A stretch of 64,000 nt of DNA from the human T2T-CHM13v2.0 reference genome, Homo sapiens. Below the pieces are notes generated by a model. That model did not search any database. It had not been told where the DNA came from and worked only from the letters and a program-made list of their open reading frames with translations. Made by a program: the position numbers and the translations under genes. Shown here piece after piece: positions 31,817 to 47,709 of the stretch. The DNA lies in the NCBI RefSeq assembly GCF_009914755.1, contig NC_060932.1. One strand, 5' to 3'. How positions within the stretch are numbered: position 1 is the stretch's first letter; each line of letters begins with the position of its first letter.

Positions 31817-33869
31817 TAAATATTCAAGTTCTGACTCCAAACAATTATCCCTTTCCTATCTTTTATCTCATCCCCATTATTGGCTGCATCTTCATGGATT
31901 ATAAAATAACGTCATGATTTTGTGTATTCATCTTTGACTGGGCTAGTAGAAAAGTCTCCTTATTTATTTTCCTCTATTCTTCATCTACTTCTTCCAAGAG
32001 ATTATTCCCATCCTCCCAAACAATATTTAGATGATTTTAAGGATTAAGAAAATGTCTATTTAAAAATTCGGAATACAGGACACCACAAAGTTCCATCTAG
32101 GTCTATGATTCTAGATACAGTTTTGAAATCTTGCCAAATATGATCTCTCTCTCTGAGTCATCTTTTCAAAAGTAATTTTCTGAATTCTTATCATTGGCAT
32201 AATATTACACTGAAACTCTTGGCATACAATAAGAAAATACATAGCTAGAAATAAATATTCCAAATACAGAATTAGTAACATAGAGGAAAAGAAGGTTGTG
32301 GTAAGAAAATGATAAAACACAGAATTAGTAGACTTATGTTTTCCCATATATGGTCATAATTACACATAATGCCCTGGGGCATAGTTGCCCTATCAGTGTA
32401 ATTGAATCATGCAAAATTTCAGTAATTAGCTACCCTGTAAATCACTGAAGGACACTTTGTGTATCACCAGTAGAATTGTTTGCTCATTCCTCTCTAAGAA
32501 ACTATCAAAATTAGAGCTCAGAGCTTAGTTGACTTCAATTGCTACTAGAAGTTCCAAACTCATAAAATCATTAATTATTTTTCTGTGATGTTTGGCCAAT
32601 CCCCTAATCGCAACCAATCCTTCACCTTCTTTCCTTCCAGTGAAGTATTTCTAATGTGCCCCAAGAGCTCCCTTCATCTCTTTGCCTTATAGAAAAACTT
32701 GGCTGTCACCTGACGACACTGCTTCCACTACAATCTTAAATGAAGGCTATTTCTTTGTTTTGTTTTGCTTTAATTTTTTTCACATTCTCCTTTTTTTTCT
32801 GATTGTGGCTTGACTTGGCGCAACTGCATTAAGATTCGCTGACCTTCTAGTGCTTCTTCAAGAACATTATCCCTCACTGTCTTCCATCATCCACCAAATT
32901 CCTAACCCTCTCTCTCATACTCAGAACCCATTGCCCATGCTCACAGCCTGCCTAAAATATGACTTTTGAGTATCAGCCTATCTACTCTAGCCTCTTATTT
33001 TCATATCACTGACCTAAGTAACTACTTGTCTACAAGTACTTATCCTCCCTGTCCTTGATTTCTAGAATATTTTCTCAAATTATTTTAGTGATGATTTTCT
33101 CTGCTTCTTTTATTCAGATACTGAACCTCTTGGTAGATTCTCTAAATATCTCAATTCTTCTATATCTTTTTTATCTATTTGCAGTTTTCTTTTAATTCCT
33201 AGAAGGTTTTTGGAAGATTTCCTCTACTTTTGTTCAATACTTTTCATAAGTTTGTCATTTCTATTAGGTTTTTAATTTCCAAAAGCTATTTTGTTTCTCT
33301 GCATTTCTGTGTTTAGGGATGCAATATATTTTCTTATTTATTCAAATATATTAGTGATAGTTTTCCATTTTTTAACCCTGCATGGTCTTTGTCTTGTTTA
33401 ATTTGTTTTATTCTGTATATTTTTCAGGGCTTTTATTAGTTATTTGAGACATTTAGTTTTGAGTATCCCACAACTCACGTTTAAGATTGTGTTAATAACG
33501 AAGCTAGTGGAAAGTTTTGAACATGCAGGGTGAAAGGTGTTCATTTTAGTTTTTAGTACAGGGCAATCTGGTTGATCAGTGTTTGAAGAACCCCTGATGT
33601 TCTCATCTGTGTGTGTTTCCTTTGGGGTTGATCACAGTCCTCAGAGAAGACCTAGGGAGGTCGCAAACCTGGAGGCCAACATTCTAGAATAAGTGAAGTA
33701 AAAAGCCTGGAGAGTATTGAACTTCAGTATGTAAATATTCACTTTATCCCCTTATTTTCAGCAAGGATTCTCCACCCTCAACTGTACCTGATTTGTCTTA
33801 GTTTAAAGACCCTTTGCTTTATCTTCTCTAAAGAACAAATACTTAGGGATTTTGTTGTGTTTTCCTAAT

Positions 33870-34290
33870 AATGGAGTTAGTGAGATATAATTCAAATAAC
33901 ATTATTATTCATCCAGCTAGAGCATACGACATAAGGCATTTTTAACATGTTCATAGAATTGTGCATCCATCAGCACAATCTAAATTTAACACAGTTTTTT
34001 GTTTCCCCCAAAAGAAACCTCATACTCATTAATAGATACTTTCCATTCTCCTCCACCTTCAGCCCTTGGTAAATGCTAATCTCCTTTTTATCTCTATACA
34101 TTTGCCTAGTCTGGACATTTCTTATCAATGGACATATACAATATATGGCCTTTTGTGATTGTCTTCTTTCACTTAGTTTCCAATATTCATCCATGCTGCT
34201 GCATACACCAATACTTCCTTACTTTTTATTGCTGAATAATATTCAATTGTATGGATATTACACATTCTTTTCATTCATTCTTTCATTCAT
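33870..34290 (-). mobile_element. L1MB-like 3' UTR remnant
   Basis: GAGATATAATTCA...CCCCCAAAAGAAACC...CATTTGCCTAGTCTGGACATTTC...GGCCTTTTGTGATTGTCTTCTTTCACTTAG. Confidence 0.8.
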
Positions 34291-34415
34291 GTAGGATAGA
34301 TTAAAGGAAGTTGCTTTGCTCTGAGAAGTAAAGAAGGGTATTGTGGTGTATAGCTGTTTCTGAATCAAAATTTCAGCCAATAATCCCAATTTTAAAAATA
34401 TGTAGTGGTATTTCC

Positions 34416-35057
34416 TAGGTGAGGCTGCAGAGAAAAGGGAACACCTATATACTGTGGGTGGGAAATTAGTTCAGCCACCACAGAAAGCAATTTGGAGATT
34501 TCTCAAAGAGCTTAAAACAGAAATGTCATTTGACCCAGCAATCTCATTACTGGGTACACACCCAGAGGAAAAATAATTTATTCTACAGAAAAGACACATG
34601 CACTCATATGTTTCTTGCAACAATATTCCCAATATCAAACATGAAATAAACCTAGGTGCCTGCCAACAGTAGACTGGATAAAGAAAATTTGGTACATATA
34701 TACCAGGAAATACTATGCAGCCATAAAAAAGAATAAAACCATGTTCTTTACAGCAATATGGATGAAACTGGAGACCATGACCCTAAGGAATAGAAAATCA
34801 AATACCACATATTCTCACTTAAAGTGGGAGCTAAGCATTGGGTACACATGGACATAAATATGGAAACAAAAGTCACTGGGAACTACTAGAGCAGGGAGAG
34901 AGGGAGGAAGGCAGGGGATGAAAAAACACCTATTGGATATTATGCTCACTGCCTGAATGATGGGATCATTTATACCCCAGCCTCAGCATCACACAATATA
35001 CCCACGTAACAATCCTGCATATGTACCCCCGAATCCAAAATAAAAGTTGCAATTATT
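34416..35057 (+). mobile_element. L1PA15/16-like 3' fragment
   Basis: GAGGCTGCAGAGAAAAGGGAACAC...GACCCAGCAATC...CCTCAGCATCACACAATATACCCACGTAACAA...AATAAAAGTTG. Confidence 0.85.
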
Positions 35058-35082
35058 ATATATATATATATATATATATATA
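35057..35082. repeat. (TA)n microsatellite
   Basis: ~13 TA units after the L1 3' end. Confidence 0.93.
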
Positions 35083-35217
35083 CACAAACACGTATATAAA
35101 ATAATTGCAACTACATATATATGGTGCCCTCAATTCAGAAAACTTTTAACCATTCTGTGGAATAAATTGGGCCATTTTTCAGCCCTCAACTTGCCATTTT
35201 AAGATACCGCTGTCTTA

Positions 35218-35475
35218 AAAAACCAAACACCACATGTTCTCACTCATAGGTGGGAATTGAACAATGAGAACTCTTGGACACAGGAAGGGGAACATCACAC
35301 ACAGGGGCCTGTTCTGGGGTTGGGGGAGGGGGGAGGGATAGCATTAGGAGATATACCTAATGTAAATGACAAGTTAATGGGTGCAGCACACCAACATGGC
35401 ACATGTATACATATGTAACAAACCTGCATGTTGTGCACATGTACCCTAAAACTTAAAGTATAATTTAAAAAAAAA
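35218..35475 (+). mobile_element. Very short (~260 bp) 5'-truncated L1PA4/5-like insertion with TSD
   Basis: L1 3'UTR with G-rich tract and CCTAATGTAAATGAC; perfect TSD ATACCGCTGTCTTA at 35204-35217 and 35476-35489; TTTT/AA site upstream. Confidence 0.95.
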
Positions 35476-35779
35476 ATACCGCTGTCTTACTTCTTATAAG
35501 TCAGGCACCATTTTTAGCTAAAATTTAACTTCCATAATTTTATTGTTGTTTTCTCCTACCTCCCTTATTTTGACCTTATTGATTTGTCTCTTAAATATTC
35601 TTTTACCTTTAATTTAGTAGTTTACAAGACAGTAACATAATACCCTTGTTTTTTATGTGATCTATACTCAAAATCTAACCTGGATAAATTTTATTACACA
35701 TTGTTCTAATCTATATATGTAATCACCATGTAAAATCTGTATGCACGTATAATCACAAACAGTATGAGATAGTCTTTTT

Positions 35780-37165
<1,386 letters not shown>

Positions 37166-38706
37166 AGTAAAACACAAAAAGACATTCTTTGTAAGTATCA
37201 TTTCTTGCAGGTGTACAAGTTCATTACTTGTATCACTCTGATATCACCAAATAACTTTCTCAGTGCAAAAATAAAGATATTTTCTGCTACATAACTGGTT
37301 TTATTATTTATAAAAATTAAAATTATTGTCAGTAAAAGTAGTTGGTTATCTATAACTATATATAAAAACTTTTCAATTGGAAACTGTGCTTTCTTCAAAA
37401 TATTGCATATTTGCTTCATTATCAAACTGATATTTTATCACCAAGTTGAAGACAATAAATAGTAAAAGCACAATTCTCAGGATCTCTAATTTGGGAACTA
37501 ACCGTAAGATGTTAGTGTGAGAAAAAGATATAGCATATTTCTTTAAGGTCTATGAATCCATTTTACTTATACTAATATTCGTTTGTAAATACATGACTTA
37601 ACCTCTAAGTTTCAATTTCATCCTCCATAGAATTTGTATTGATTTACAAATAAACTCATTGCACAGCTTGCAAAAGAGGAAAATTATGCTAACCTGCACT
37701 ATGATTATAAAGGGAGGCTAATCATTAAGCAAACATTACCTAGCATAGTGCTATACACATAACAGTAGGTATGTACCCTAAAGCAAGTCTTCAGTTGTAT
37801 ACAGCTGTAGATAAGAGCTCTGAAAATGAAGGTGGTTCACATCAGGGCTTTGCTCACAGTTTGATTGTGGCAGCGTTTAGTTCCTTCTGTGCCTCCATTT
37901 CGGGTTTATTAAATTGACTTGGTAATATTTTCTACTCCATCCAATTTTGTGGGGTTTAAATAAATATGTTAATGTAAAGTTCTTATAATAATACCTAGCT
38001 CAATAAATATTAAATATGAATATTAAAATATTTGAATATATTATAATTGTCATGTTCATTAAGGAAGGTTTAAGATAAAAGGCACCCTTATTTGAGCAAC
38101 ACAAAATGGTATGGGCCTTAGGAGAAGCCCTAGGTTGAAGCATCCAATTAAGTCACTTACGAGTCATATGACTGAGACTAATTTACTTACACTCTCTGAA
38201 CTAGTATACCCCATCTGGGTCATTCATTCACTCATCCAGTCATCCACCAATCATTTATTTGATAACTATGATGTGTGAGGAAGTATACTCACTAAAAAAT
38301 TAGTGGCAAAAAGTATATTACTTGTTTTATGCATTATTTTGAGAAATAAATGGATTCATTTTGAAAAAAGTAAATCTAAGAAGTATCACTTCCCATTTCT
38401 CTTTTTTACATATGAAGGACCTCATAACTTAAACCTAGTTGTATTATTATGATACCATATCAGCACAAGTAATGAAAAATTAGTAATCCAGTTCATCTCC
38501 CTGATTTTTGGAAAAAAACTAACAGATAAATGAGAAATAATTTAGGTAATAGGATATTTGAAAATTAGCTGCTATATCATAACACTGAAAACATGACCAG
38601 TAGAGACTCAGTATATAAGTAGCCAAGTGTTGTTAAAAGCACATCAATATCAACATTATTCTAGGGAAATGTTTACAAAGATGGCATATTATGTATTCTT
38701 GTAGAA

Positions 38707-38906
38707 CAGGCGCTGGTAAACAATTTCTGTAAAGGGCCAGATAGTAAATATTTTAGGCTTTATGGATCACATAAAATCTCAGTCTTCTTTTCTCCTTCTC
38801 CTCTCCTCCTTCTTTATTTCTTTAAAAATGTAAACGTTACTCTTAACTCACAGGATATAACCAAGTAAGTCATGTGCCAGATTTGGCTTATGATTGCAGA
38901 CCCCTA
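38707..38906 (+). mobile_element. MER58-like hAT-Charlie element
   Basis: CAGG...AAAC..TTTCTGTAAAGGGCCAGATAGTAAATATTTTAGGCTTT ... GCCAGATTTGGC...GACCCCT. Confidence 0.82.
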
Positions 38907-39014
38907 GTATAAAAATAATAAAAACACGAACCTTGTTCAAGTTGCATCTAAAGGCTCTTATAAGGAGATCTCCAAATAGCCAAGCCAATTCCTCACTTCT
39001 CAAAATGATAACCA

Positions 39015-39680
39015 TTCAACCAATCATCCATTCAAAGCACACATGTTGAGCGTCTACTAAATTCCTGGTATTATTACAAATACTGGAAATGTAAGTTAGT
39101 GTATACACTAGGAAGTTTATAGGGTTTGTTTTTGTTGTTGTTGTTTCAGGGGAGATACAAATATGAATACAAGCAAGGAATTCATGGTGAAAATGCTAAG
39201 ATAAGAATAAAAACAAGAGGTTAACAAGGAACAAAGGGGGAAGCTGTTATCTCAGTCTCATTGTGGAAGGAAATATGGAAGTTTTTCGAGAAAGTGATGT
39301 AAAAATGAGGGGATAAAGATAAATAAAGGAGTGAAGGCTTCCAGAAGAAAGAAAAATTAGGTGCAGCATTTGACAGGCAAGAGAGAACTTGGCATGTCGG
39401 TGAAAAGGAAAGAAATTTCTTCTGGCTAAAGTACTCATAGTGGAAAAGAGAGGGAAGCAGGTTGAGTAGTAGAAGAGACCAGAGAGCTAAGCATGAGACA
39501 GATCATGGAGTCATTTAGGTCTCATAAGTCATATTACGAAGTATTGACTTTCTCTACAGAGAATGGGGGAAATGTTGAAGGATGTTAAGCACATGAAAAG
39601 TATGATTAGGTATGCACTTTAGAAAAACACTTCAGAAGAATGTAGATTTGAGAGCTACCCAGAAGCAGAATGGATAGGCC
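39015..39680 (-). mobile_element. L2 LINE 3' remnant
   Basis: (CATT)-like tail, ATGTTGAGCGTCTACTA, purine-rich body with CAGATCATGGAG. Confidence 0.6.
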
Positions 39681-40299
39681 TTTGTGATTATGTGAATGAT
39701 TTTACATGGCACATAAGGGAGAGAAAGACAAGATCAATGTCCAGTTATGTAACATTTGCTTCACTTACATTAAGTTAATGTCTCAGACACAACTTGTGTT
39801 TTTTTCCTTTTTCTAAGTTTATTCTTCCCATGAAGAATGCCTCAGCCTTCTGCATTAACCTCTTGAAATCCTATTTTTCAATGTCCAGTTCAATCCCTCA
39901 CTCCTTTAACACATACCCTTTCTTGTCCTAACTCATTAGATCGTTGTTTATTTGTTTTTATCAGCTTTCATACTATAGAGATCAATAACATATAGTAATT
40001 ATTTTCTGAATTTTGTTGTCCTTTCATCAACCAAACAATACTGGTTGCACAAGTGTGGGGTGTATATTCACCGATTGATGTATAACTCTACAGGGGGCTG
40101 TGCACTAGCCTGGCCAGCTGTTAGCTACATACTCTGCTGTAGGTGTATAGTATTCCACAGATAAGGATTCTCAAACATCACTATAGATAACCTATTGTCT
40201 AACAAACTTACACTCAGAAATTTCTTTCTTAATCGGTTCCACATTTTTCATGTATTTTAAATATATCTAATTCCTTGTAACCCTACAAAGCAGGTGGCA

Positions 40300-40760
40300 T
40301 AGAATCCCCTCTCTCTGAAAAGGATTAATGCCCTTCTGATTGGTATCTCCCCACACTGACTTCTGTCTCAGTTCAATTCATTCTTCACATTGAACTCATA
40401 ACATTTTTAATAGCTGTTAGATCATGGCATTCCCCTATTTAAAACTCTTTAGTGGATTTAGTATGAAATCTGAGTCATGATATACAAGTCTTTCATATAT
40501 TGAATCCTGGCAAGCTCTTCAACTTTACTATGAGTTACTTATTGATGTTGATGACCAGCCTCAGGGGTTGTCTGTCCTTCTGCACTATTTAGTTCACTGT
40601 TCTTTTTCATCTTAGGAACATTAGCTAAGTCATTCCTTCTGCCTGCTGCATGTCTTCCTCAGTTATCTCCACCATGCATCAACAACTTCCAGCTTTTACT
40701 CATCTTTCTAGCCTTCAATTAAATATTAATTCCCTTGAAAATTTTCCCTGATGTTCTTAA
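40300..40760 (+). mobile_element. L2 LINE remnant
   Basis: TCAATTCATTCTTCACATTG, GATCATGGCATTCCCCTATTTAAAACTCTTTAGTGG, CATTCCTTCTGCCTG. Confidence 0.6.
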
Positions 40761-40837
40761 TTCTGAGCCACATTCAAACATTTCTGAAATCCAGACTCAT
40801 CTTCTAATTGATATGCACATTCAATATAGTATTTATG

Positions 40838-41103
<266 letters not shown>

Positions 41104-41954
41104 GTATTCTTTTTCTATTTAAAAACTTTTTAAAAAAATATGATTACATCAGTGGTATTCCTGGTAATTTTTGGCATCTTAAAACTGAAGAAATATGATG
41201 TGTTCTGAGACAATTCTGTAGCTGCCCTCTTGCTACAATTATTGCCATTGTCATTTACTCCCGCTCACCTGAAAAGCACCAGGAGTTCTGGACCCTGCTT
41301 GTCTCAGTCACTACTCTGTGTCACTCTATCTTAAACTCTTAGCACTGTGCTGGAACTTGACAGGTAGATAGTATTCATGGCTTAAACAATAATCCCATTG
41401 CTTTTCATTCTCTCCAGAGGCAAATATATGGTGTTGAAGGTGATGTAAAAACATGCTGGGGGTTCCTGGCATCTTGAGGATTTAGGCAATCTTGCCTCAA
41501 ATCCACAATTTCAAAACTTAGGAGAGTCTAACACTTCCAATACCTTCAATTCCAATATCTGCTTCTACTTTGGCTCAAGGTTATTTTAGTCTTGCTAAGA
41601 TTTGCCCACAACATTTTACAAAATTCAGTTTGTCAAGCATTCTCAGTAAAAATTAATTCCCACCAAACATGTCATAAATTAGTATTTTTATCTGATTGCA
41701 GGTTCATGGAATAATGATAGAAAAAAATTGACATTGATTACCACACCAGATGCTGCTGATGATGACTAGGCCTCCTGCTGTACCACCAACTTTGTTCCTC
41801 TTACAAGAACTATGACCCTAGTAGCCAACCTCAAAAACACTTAACCTGTCTTAATTCTGGATCAATAGTGAATAAAATTTTCTGCTCTCTTTATTTGAAT
41901 TTCATCCTGGTACCTCATTGTGTTTTAGTAGGCAAACTAAAAGTAAGAGCCTTT

Positions 41955-42355
41955 GGTAGAACTACCATATAATCCAGCAATTCCATTGCTGAATATACAT
42001 CCAAAGGAAAAAAAATTAATAAATACAAGAGATATCTGCATTGTCATGTTTATTGTGGCATTATTCACAATATGGAGTTAACCTAAGTGTTTGTCAATGA
42101 ATGAATGGATAAAGAAATGTGGTACATATACACAATGGAATATTATTGAGCCATAAAAAAATGAAATCTTTTGTTTGCAACAACATGGAGGGAACTGGGA
42201 GTCATTATGTTAAGTGAAATAAGCCAAGCATAGAAAGACAAACATCACATATTCTCACTCATATATGGGAGGTAAAAAGTGGATCTCATGAAGATAAAGA
42301 GTAGATTAGTGGTTTCCAGAGACCAGAAAGAAGAGAGAGGGAGGGAGAATGAAAC
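41955..42355 (+). mobile_element. L1MA-like 3' fragment
   Basis: AGAACTACCATATAATCCAGCAATTCC ... GGATAAAGAAATGTGGTACATATACACAATGGAATATTA ... AAGTGAAATAAGCCA. Confidence 0.85.
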
Positions 42356-42494
42356 CAAAAAAAGCAAACAGAAAAAGAAAAAGGGGAAAATAAGTTCTTC
42401 TGAAACTGTTGGACTCTTATAAGGGACACTGTAAGCACTGGGAAAAATCAGATTTTGCTGGGAGAATGGAAACTCCTAGGAGAATAAAACAAAG

Positions 42495-42700
42495 AACATG
42501 AGTTTTGCAGTGCAACAGAGCTGAGTTCCACTTCTAGATCTGCCATTTATTCACTATGTAACCTTGAGCAAGTTGCCTAATATCTTCAAACACCAATTTT
42601 TTCAAATGTCAAATGATAGGGAAACACTTATTACTTTCATTTGTTGTAAAGATATAATGAGGTGGAATATGGAGCCTGCCAAGTATGGTGGCTGCTGTTT
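42495..42700 (+). mobile_element. MIR SINE
   Basis: TCTGCCATTTATTCACTATGTAACCTTGAGCAAGTTGCCTAA. Confidence 0.7.
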
Positions 42701-42766
42701 AATGTTGTATCCATGAATGTGCATAATGGGAAATGAATGGTACATTGAACTGCCCAAAACCGCAAA

Positions 42767-42796
<30 letters not shown>
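42767..42796. repeat. (AAAT)n microsatellite
   Basis: ~7 AAAT units. Confidence 0.9.
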
Positions 42797-42797
<1 letters not shown>

Positions 42798-44559
42798 GAT
42801 TTTAGAATAGTAAATATGGGTGGAAAAAGATTTATTGGTAGAGAAAATTTTCTCCCATACCCACATGTGACTCCCACCCCCAACTCCCATATACCTTTGA
42901 ATAGTTGTGTTTGCCTTCAAAAGTAGTAGACGATTACAGAAATGTGTCATGATATACAGCCATGTTTCAAATACAGAAGTTTGGGAATTAGTGCTGTAAG
43001 TCATTAGCTGTTATGTTTAAATAACAGCAACTGGTTTTGTGCTGTTTCAATAATAGCATTAGCTATGAATCCTCTTACATTTAAAAAAATTACAGATTTC
43101 TTTAGCAAATTAGCAAATGCAAGAAAATGAAATCACTCTTATATTATAATTTTATTTCACAGCATGAGAACTATGTTGCAAATAGTCTTGTTTCAGCATC
43201 TAGCCTCTCATTTAAGAACTCTGCTAATAAGTTCACTCTGAACAGAATCAAGTTTTCAAAGCTTGAAGGATAAGTATATTCTGATATGGATTAAGATATA
43301 ATTTTCAAAATGATAGATAATAAAATTTATCTTAATTATGGAGGTTCTGCTTAATCATTTCAAGTGTTCTTAATATGTCACCCACTCCATAGGATTTTAG
43401 AGTGAGATTTGGTATAGAATTTAAAATATATTCAATTAGTGAAACTCATTTTAGTATAAAAGTAGTCAGTCAGTCCAGTAATGTCTACTGGGTCCTTCTA
43501 ATGTGTCAGCACCAGTACTGGATAATTATGAATAAACATGATTTTAAGAAGCCAAGCCAGATACGATCCGGGTAATTGCAGTCCAGTAAAATACACTTCT
43601 GGCAGTCAGAATCAAAGGCACAAGATGAGGGAAAAAAACAGATGCCATAAAGATTAACGTAATTTACTACATAAGTTTTAATATCCCATACTGCAAAAGA
43701 TGCCATAAATATATAAAAGACAAGAGATTTGAAGAAATATTGTCATTATATATATCAAAAGGAGATGTCAAAAGTAAGCACTTAAAATGTTAGCCAACAA
43801 TAATATTTTGTACGTATCAATGCATACAGAAAAAGTGTGGAAGATACATACCAAACTGTTAATATTATTACCTCTTAGGCATAGAATGAGGTTAATGAGG
43901 AAAGAGTAGGTTAATAACATTGTCACTTTTCATCTTAGTACTTATCAGTGATGTCTGAATTACTTATTCAAGCCTATATTACATTGTAATTTAAAAGGTG
44001 TGTGCTATCCACATCCCTAGCAATACAATACAAATGACTCCAGAATATAAGAAAAGCTATCTAATTTATAACATATTCCTTAAAAGCAAAGCTTAAATAT
44101 ATGAATTCAATAAGTCATAGAACAAAAGCAATCTTCTACTAGAAGTTCTTATATAAAATAAAATGTATGTTGAAGAAATAATCAGATGACCAAATTATAT
44201 CTTACCTCACTTATGAAGAAAATGGGAAGAATGACTTCTTGTGGGAGACACAAAGAATTATAATCCAATGCAAACACATTGCTAGAGCTACCTAAACTAA
44301 GTTTCATGGTAACATAAACAAGAGAACAACCAAATTTGACCTAAGAAGAAAGAACGGGGAACCCAGGTTGTATGAGGAGAATCAAATTTATTAACTAAAG
44401 AAGGGGCAAAGTGGCATAAAAGGCAGAAAGAATGTTGTGAACCATATGCCCACGAGTGGCATATTAGGGTAAAAAGTTTAATTTTGATAATATATTATCT
44501 CTGATAAAAATTAGCATGCCTTATTTTTTTCAAACAAACTGTATTGTACATACAAACAT

Positions 44560-44710
44560 AAATGTGCATGCAAATTCCTTGGGAATCTCATTGAAATGCA
44601 GATTCTGATTCAGTGTGTCTCACACGGTGCCTGAGAGTTGGCATGTCTCACAAGCTTTCAGGCGAGGTTTATTCCACTGCTCCATCCACGGACATCCTTG
44701 AGTAATAAGA
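44560..44710. mobile_element. MER5A-like hAT remnant
   Basis: AAATGCAGATTCTGATTCAGT...GCCTGAGAG.TGGCATGTCTCACAAGCT. Confidence 0.7.
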
Positions 44711-47652
44711 ATGCGACATATTTGACAAATTGTGTTAAGAAACAGGTCGGCTTCATGCTGGATCTCTATTCCATTAAAGCAATCTGAAAAACCCCAGTTA
44801 AACATGTTACTGCTCCACAGGGACAAACTATTTTTGACATTTCTAAGTTCGTAGAAAAGTAAATATTTTATGTATTTTTTGTTCATTAGTTGTGTTTTAA
44901 TTTTTTTTAGTTGGAGTTGGGTTTTTTTGTGTTGGTTTGTGGTTTTAGTTTGCTTTGCATTTATTTTCTTACATTCTTCCCTTCAACTTCTTACCATTGT
45001 CTTGGTTCTACAATACCTAGCTTGGTAAGACCTCTAATTTTGGCAGTTATTATCATAGCAGCATACAGTGGCACAATAGAAAAAAATGAGTTACAGATTT
45101 CTTGCTTATCAGTGAATGTTATTATATGTTTATGCATTTTATATAATTAATATTATTATATATGTTTATATAATGTATATTCTGGGCTAGAACTACAGCT
45201 GATTGTGACATCCTTCCTTTCACTCATGGGCAAGGTTGTTGGCATCACTAATGTACACTAAATTTCCTTTCCTCTTTCTCTCTGTTGTGAGTGCATTGCT
45301 AAAGGTATATTTTCATAGTAATTAAGAATTTAAAATCAAGTTTGTTAGAATTACGTCTACCCAATTTACTTGCAGATTGTGTAACATGAGACAGGAATGT
45401 CAGCTTCCTTCCCTGTAAATTGGTGACTATTGTTACTATCTCATAAGAATAAAATGAATAGTGTATATAAACATTTAACTCATGTATGGCACATTGGAGG
45501 TACTCTCTAAATGGTTGTTTTTGCTAGTAGCTGGCATAAACGTCACCACCACAACAGTCACAAAATCCAGGTGTGGAGAAATGTACCTCTATTTCTCATT
45601 TTAACTCAACCTGTGAATTCACTTCCCTCTGATGTTATCAAAAATATTTGCTATTTAAACAGAGCAAAATGGAGCAGGATAGGATTCTACTTCAGATACA
45701 TGGTCTTAGAAGGCTGCTCTGATGAGTGATATTGAAGTAGAGATCTGAAGGAAGTGAGGAGGCACACCACACTGCAGTAGGAATCTTTCTGTTCATATCT
45801 CATTACACTACAGGACCTTCACTGCAATTCTCAGAATCTACATCCTCTTCTCAGAACAGCTTAGCAGTTTCTCCTGTATCTGTGTGAAATCAACCTCCAA
45901 GAAAATCTGGGTCTCTCATGAAACATTCAGATGGTTCTCAGAATCTTCTTTACAGATACAGTCAGCTCCTTCCTGCAAGTCCATAGTTATGGGATCCCCA
46001 CTGACAACCTCGTGCCTCCCAAGCATAGCATCAAGATGGCATCATGAAGGCCAGAATGGCTTTAGCAATCTCTCCAGCCACGTGACCGTAGGGTTTCTGA
46101 GAAAATCTCACTTGATTTGGAACTGCCAGGGCCTAGCAGTGACTCTGGCAAAATGTAAAGGCTCAATAAATACTTGCTGAATGAATAAATGAAAGCCCTG
46201 ATTGTGAATTACATCTGAAAGAAGAATATGCTTCAATAAGGTAGGCAATTCTGCAATGAGGGCCCTGCAAATAGTCTCCTCAGAATATTAAGACAAAATG
46301 TTTACAACATCATCCTTACCAAAAGCCACCAATTTTTGTTTTCAAGTGAATTTAGCCCTAAGACAACAGAATTGAATTTCTCAAATTATTCATTTGTCTT
46401 AAAAGTTCCACATCCATATTTAATCTAAAAGAATATAAAGATCCTGACATTAAATAGTGGTGATCAATGCACAATTTTGTGAATATACCAAAAGCCAGTG
46501 AATTACATACTCTTAAAGGGTGAGCTGTATGGTATATAAATTAAATTTTAATAAAGCTATTTTTTAAAATCCTAGTTAATCTAAATTTCTTATGGGTATT
46601 TGGTCAAGGCAGGATTATCACACTTACCCTTTTCTTTCCCTCATTCTTTTCAGTTATGTAATTTTCTGAGTAGGGGATGGATGGGGAAGCTTGTGATTTG
46701 CCATGGCATTGGTGAGGAGTCATCTTCTCCTTGCCTCTCCTCTTCTGGCCACTGGTGAGTTATCAACACCCTTACAATCCTTAGAAAGTAGTTTCTGCCT
46801 GCATCTTCTTATGACCCCTCATGGGCTCTGGTCATCAGATCTACAGAGGTAATTTTAGGTGTGTTCCTCTGGCCTCAACCCCTGACTCCTGAAAGCCTTC
46901 TGCTCCACTCCGAATCATTTTATTTATCTTTCAGAAGTTTAACAATTTGGACTGAGTTCATTCTCAGGAGACTTTTTCTGGGCACTGTAACTGTAATGTT
47001 AGTTTCTCAATGGAATGGGCCTTTTTTAAGTAGCATGACATTTTCCTCGGCTAGTACCTTGAAGAAAGCACAACATAAGAGGGGATTTCTGTTTTCTCAC
47101 TTGCTATGATGCAGTCTCAAACCTCACTTGGGCATCTAAGTTCTCTTATTCTTCAATTCTCTTAAAATTTATTCTTGGGTGCAGAAAGAATTTTAAGTTC
47201 CTCTTTGTGTAACATGAAAGTTATCTTTTATTTTGTTTTATTTTTTATTTTTCCTGACTTTGTTCTTTACGGATCAACTATATACTGAGTTTTTAGGCAC
47301 TAAATCTTATTCTAAGTCAAAACTCCCAGCTTTTGTGAATAAACCTGCTTTGTATTTCAAATCTATTGTCTCAGCCATGAGTTTTAAAAATCCAATCAGA
47401 AATTCCTCTGGCTTCTTTGTTCTGAGCTATAGTCTTACTCCATTTGAAAGAAGTGTGGATGGAAAGCTATTGCAACTGTCAGAATCATGAAGGATAAGTA
47501 CAGCATACAATGGCACTCAGTAGGAACAAAACTACGTTAATAGTTAAAGACAGAATTGCAACATTTTAAATCATTTAATCACAGGAAATTCTGCCCAGTT
47601 GTAAGGCTAAAAGTTTAGGAAACTATACTAAACTAATAGTATAGAAAACCAA

Positions 47653-47668
47653 TAGATAGATAGATGAC

Positions 47669-47705
<37 letters not shown>
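47653..47705. repeat. Compound GATA-type STR [TAGA]3 TGA CAGA [TAGA]8
   Basis: Read directly. Confidence 0.95.

Positions 47706-47709
<4 letters not shown>

Noticed and set aside
40040-40115. Possible Y RNA or small-RNA pseudogene (ends CACTAGCC)
   Set aside because: No GGCTGGTCCG 5' stem, no T-run terminator, no TSD.
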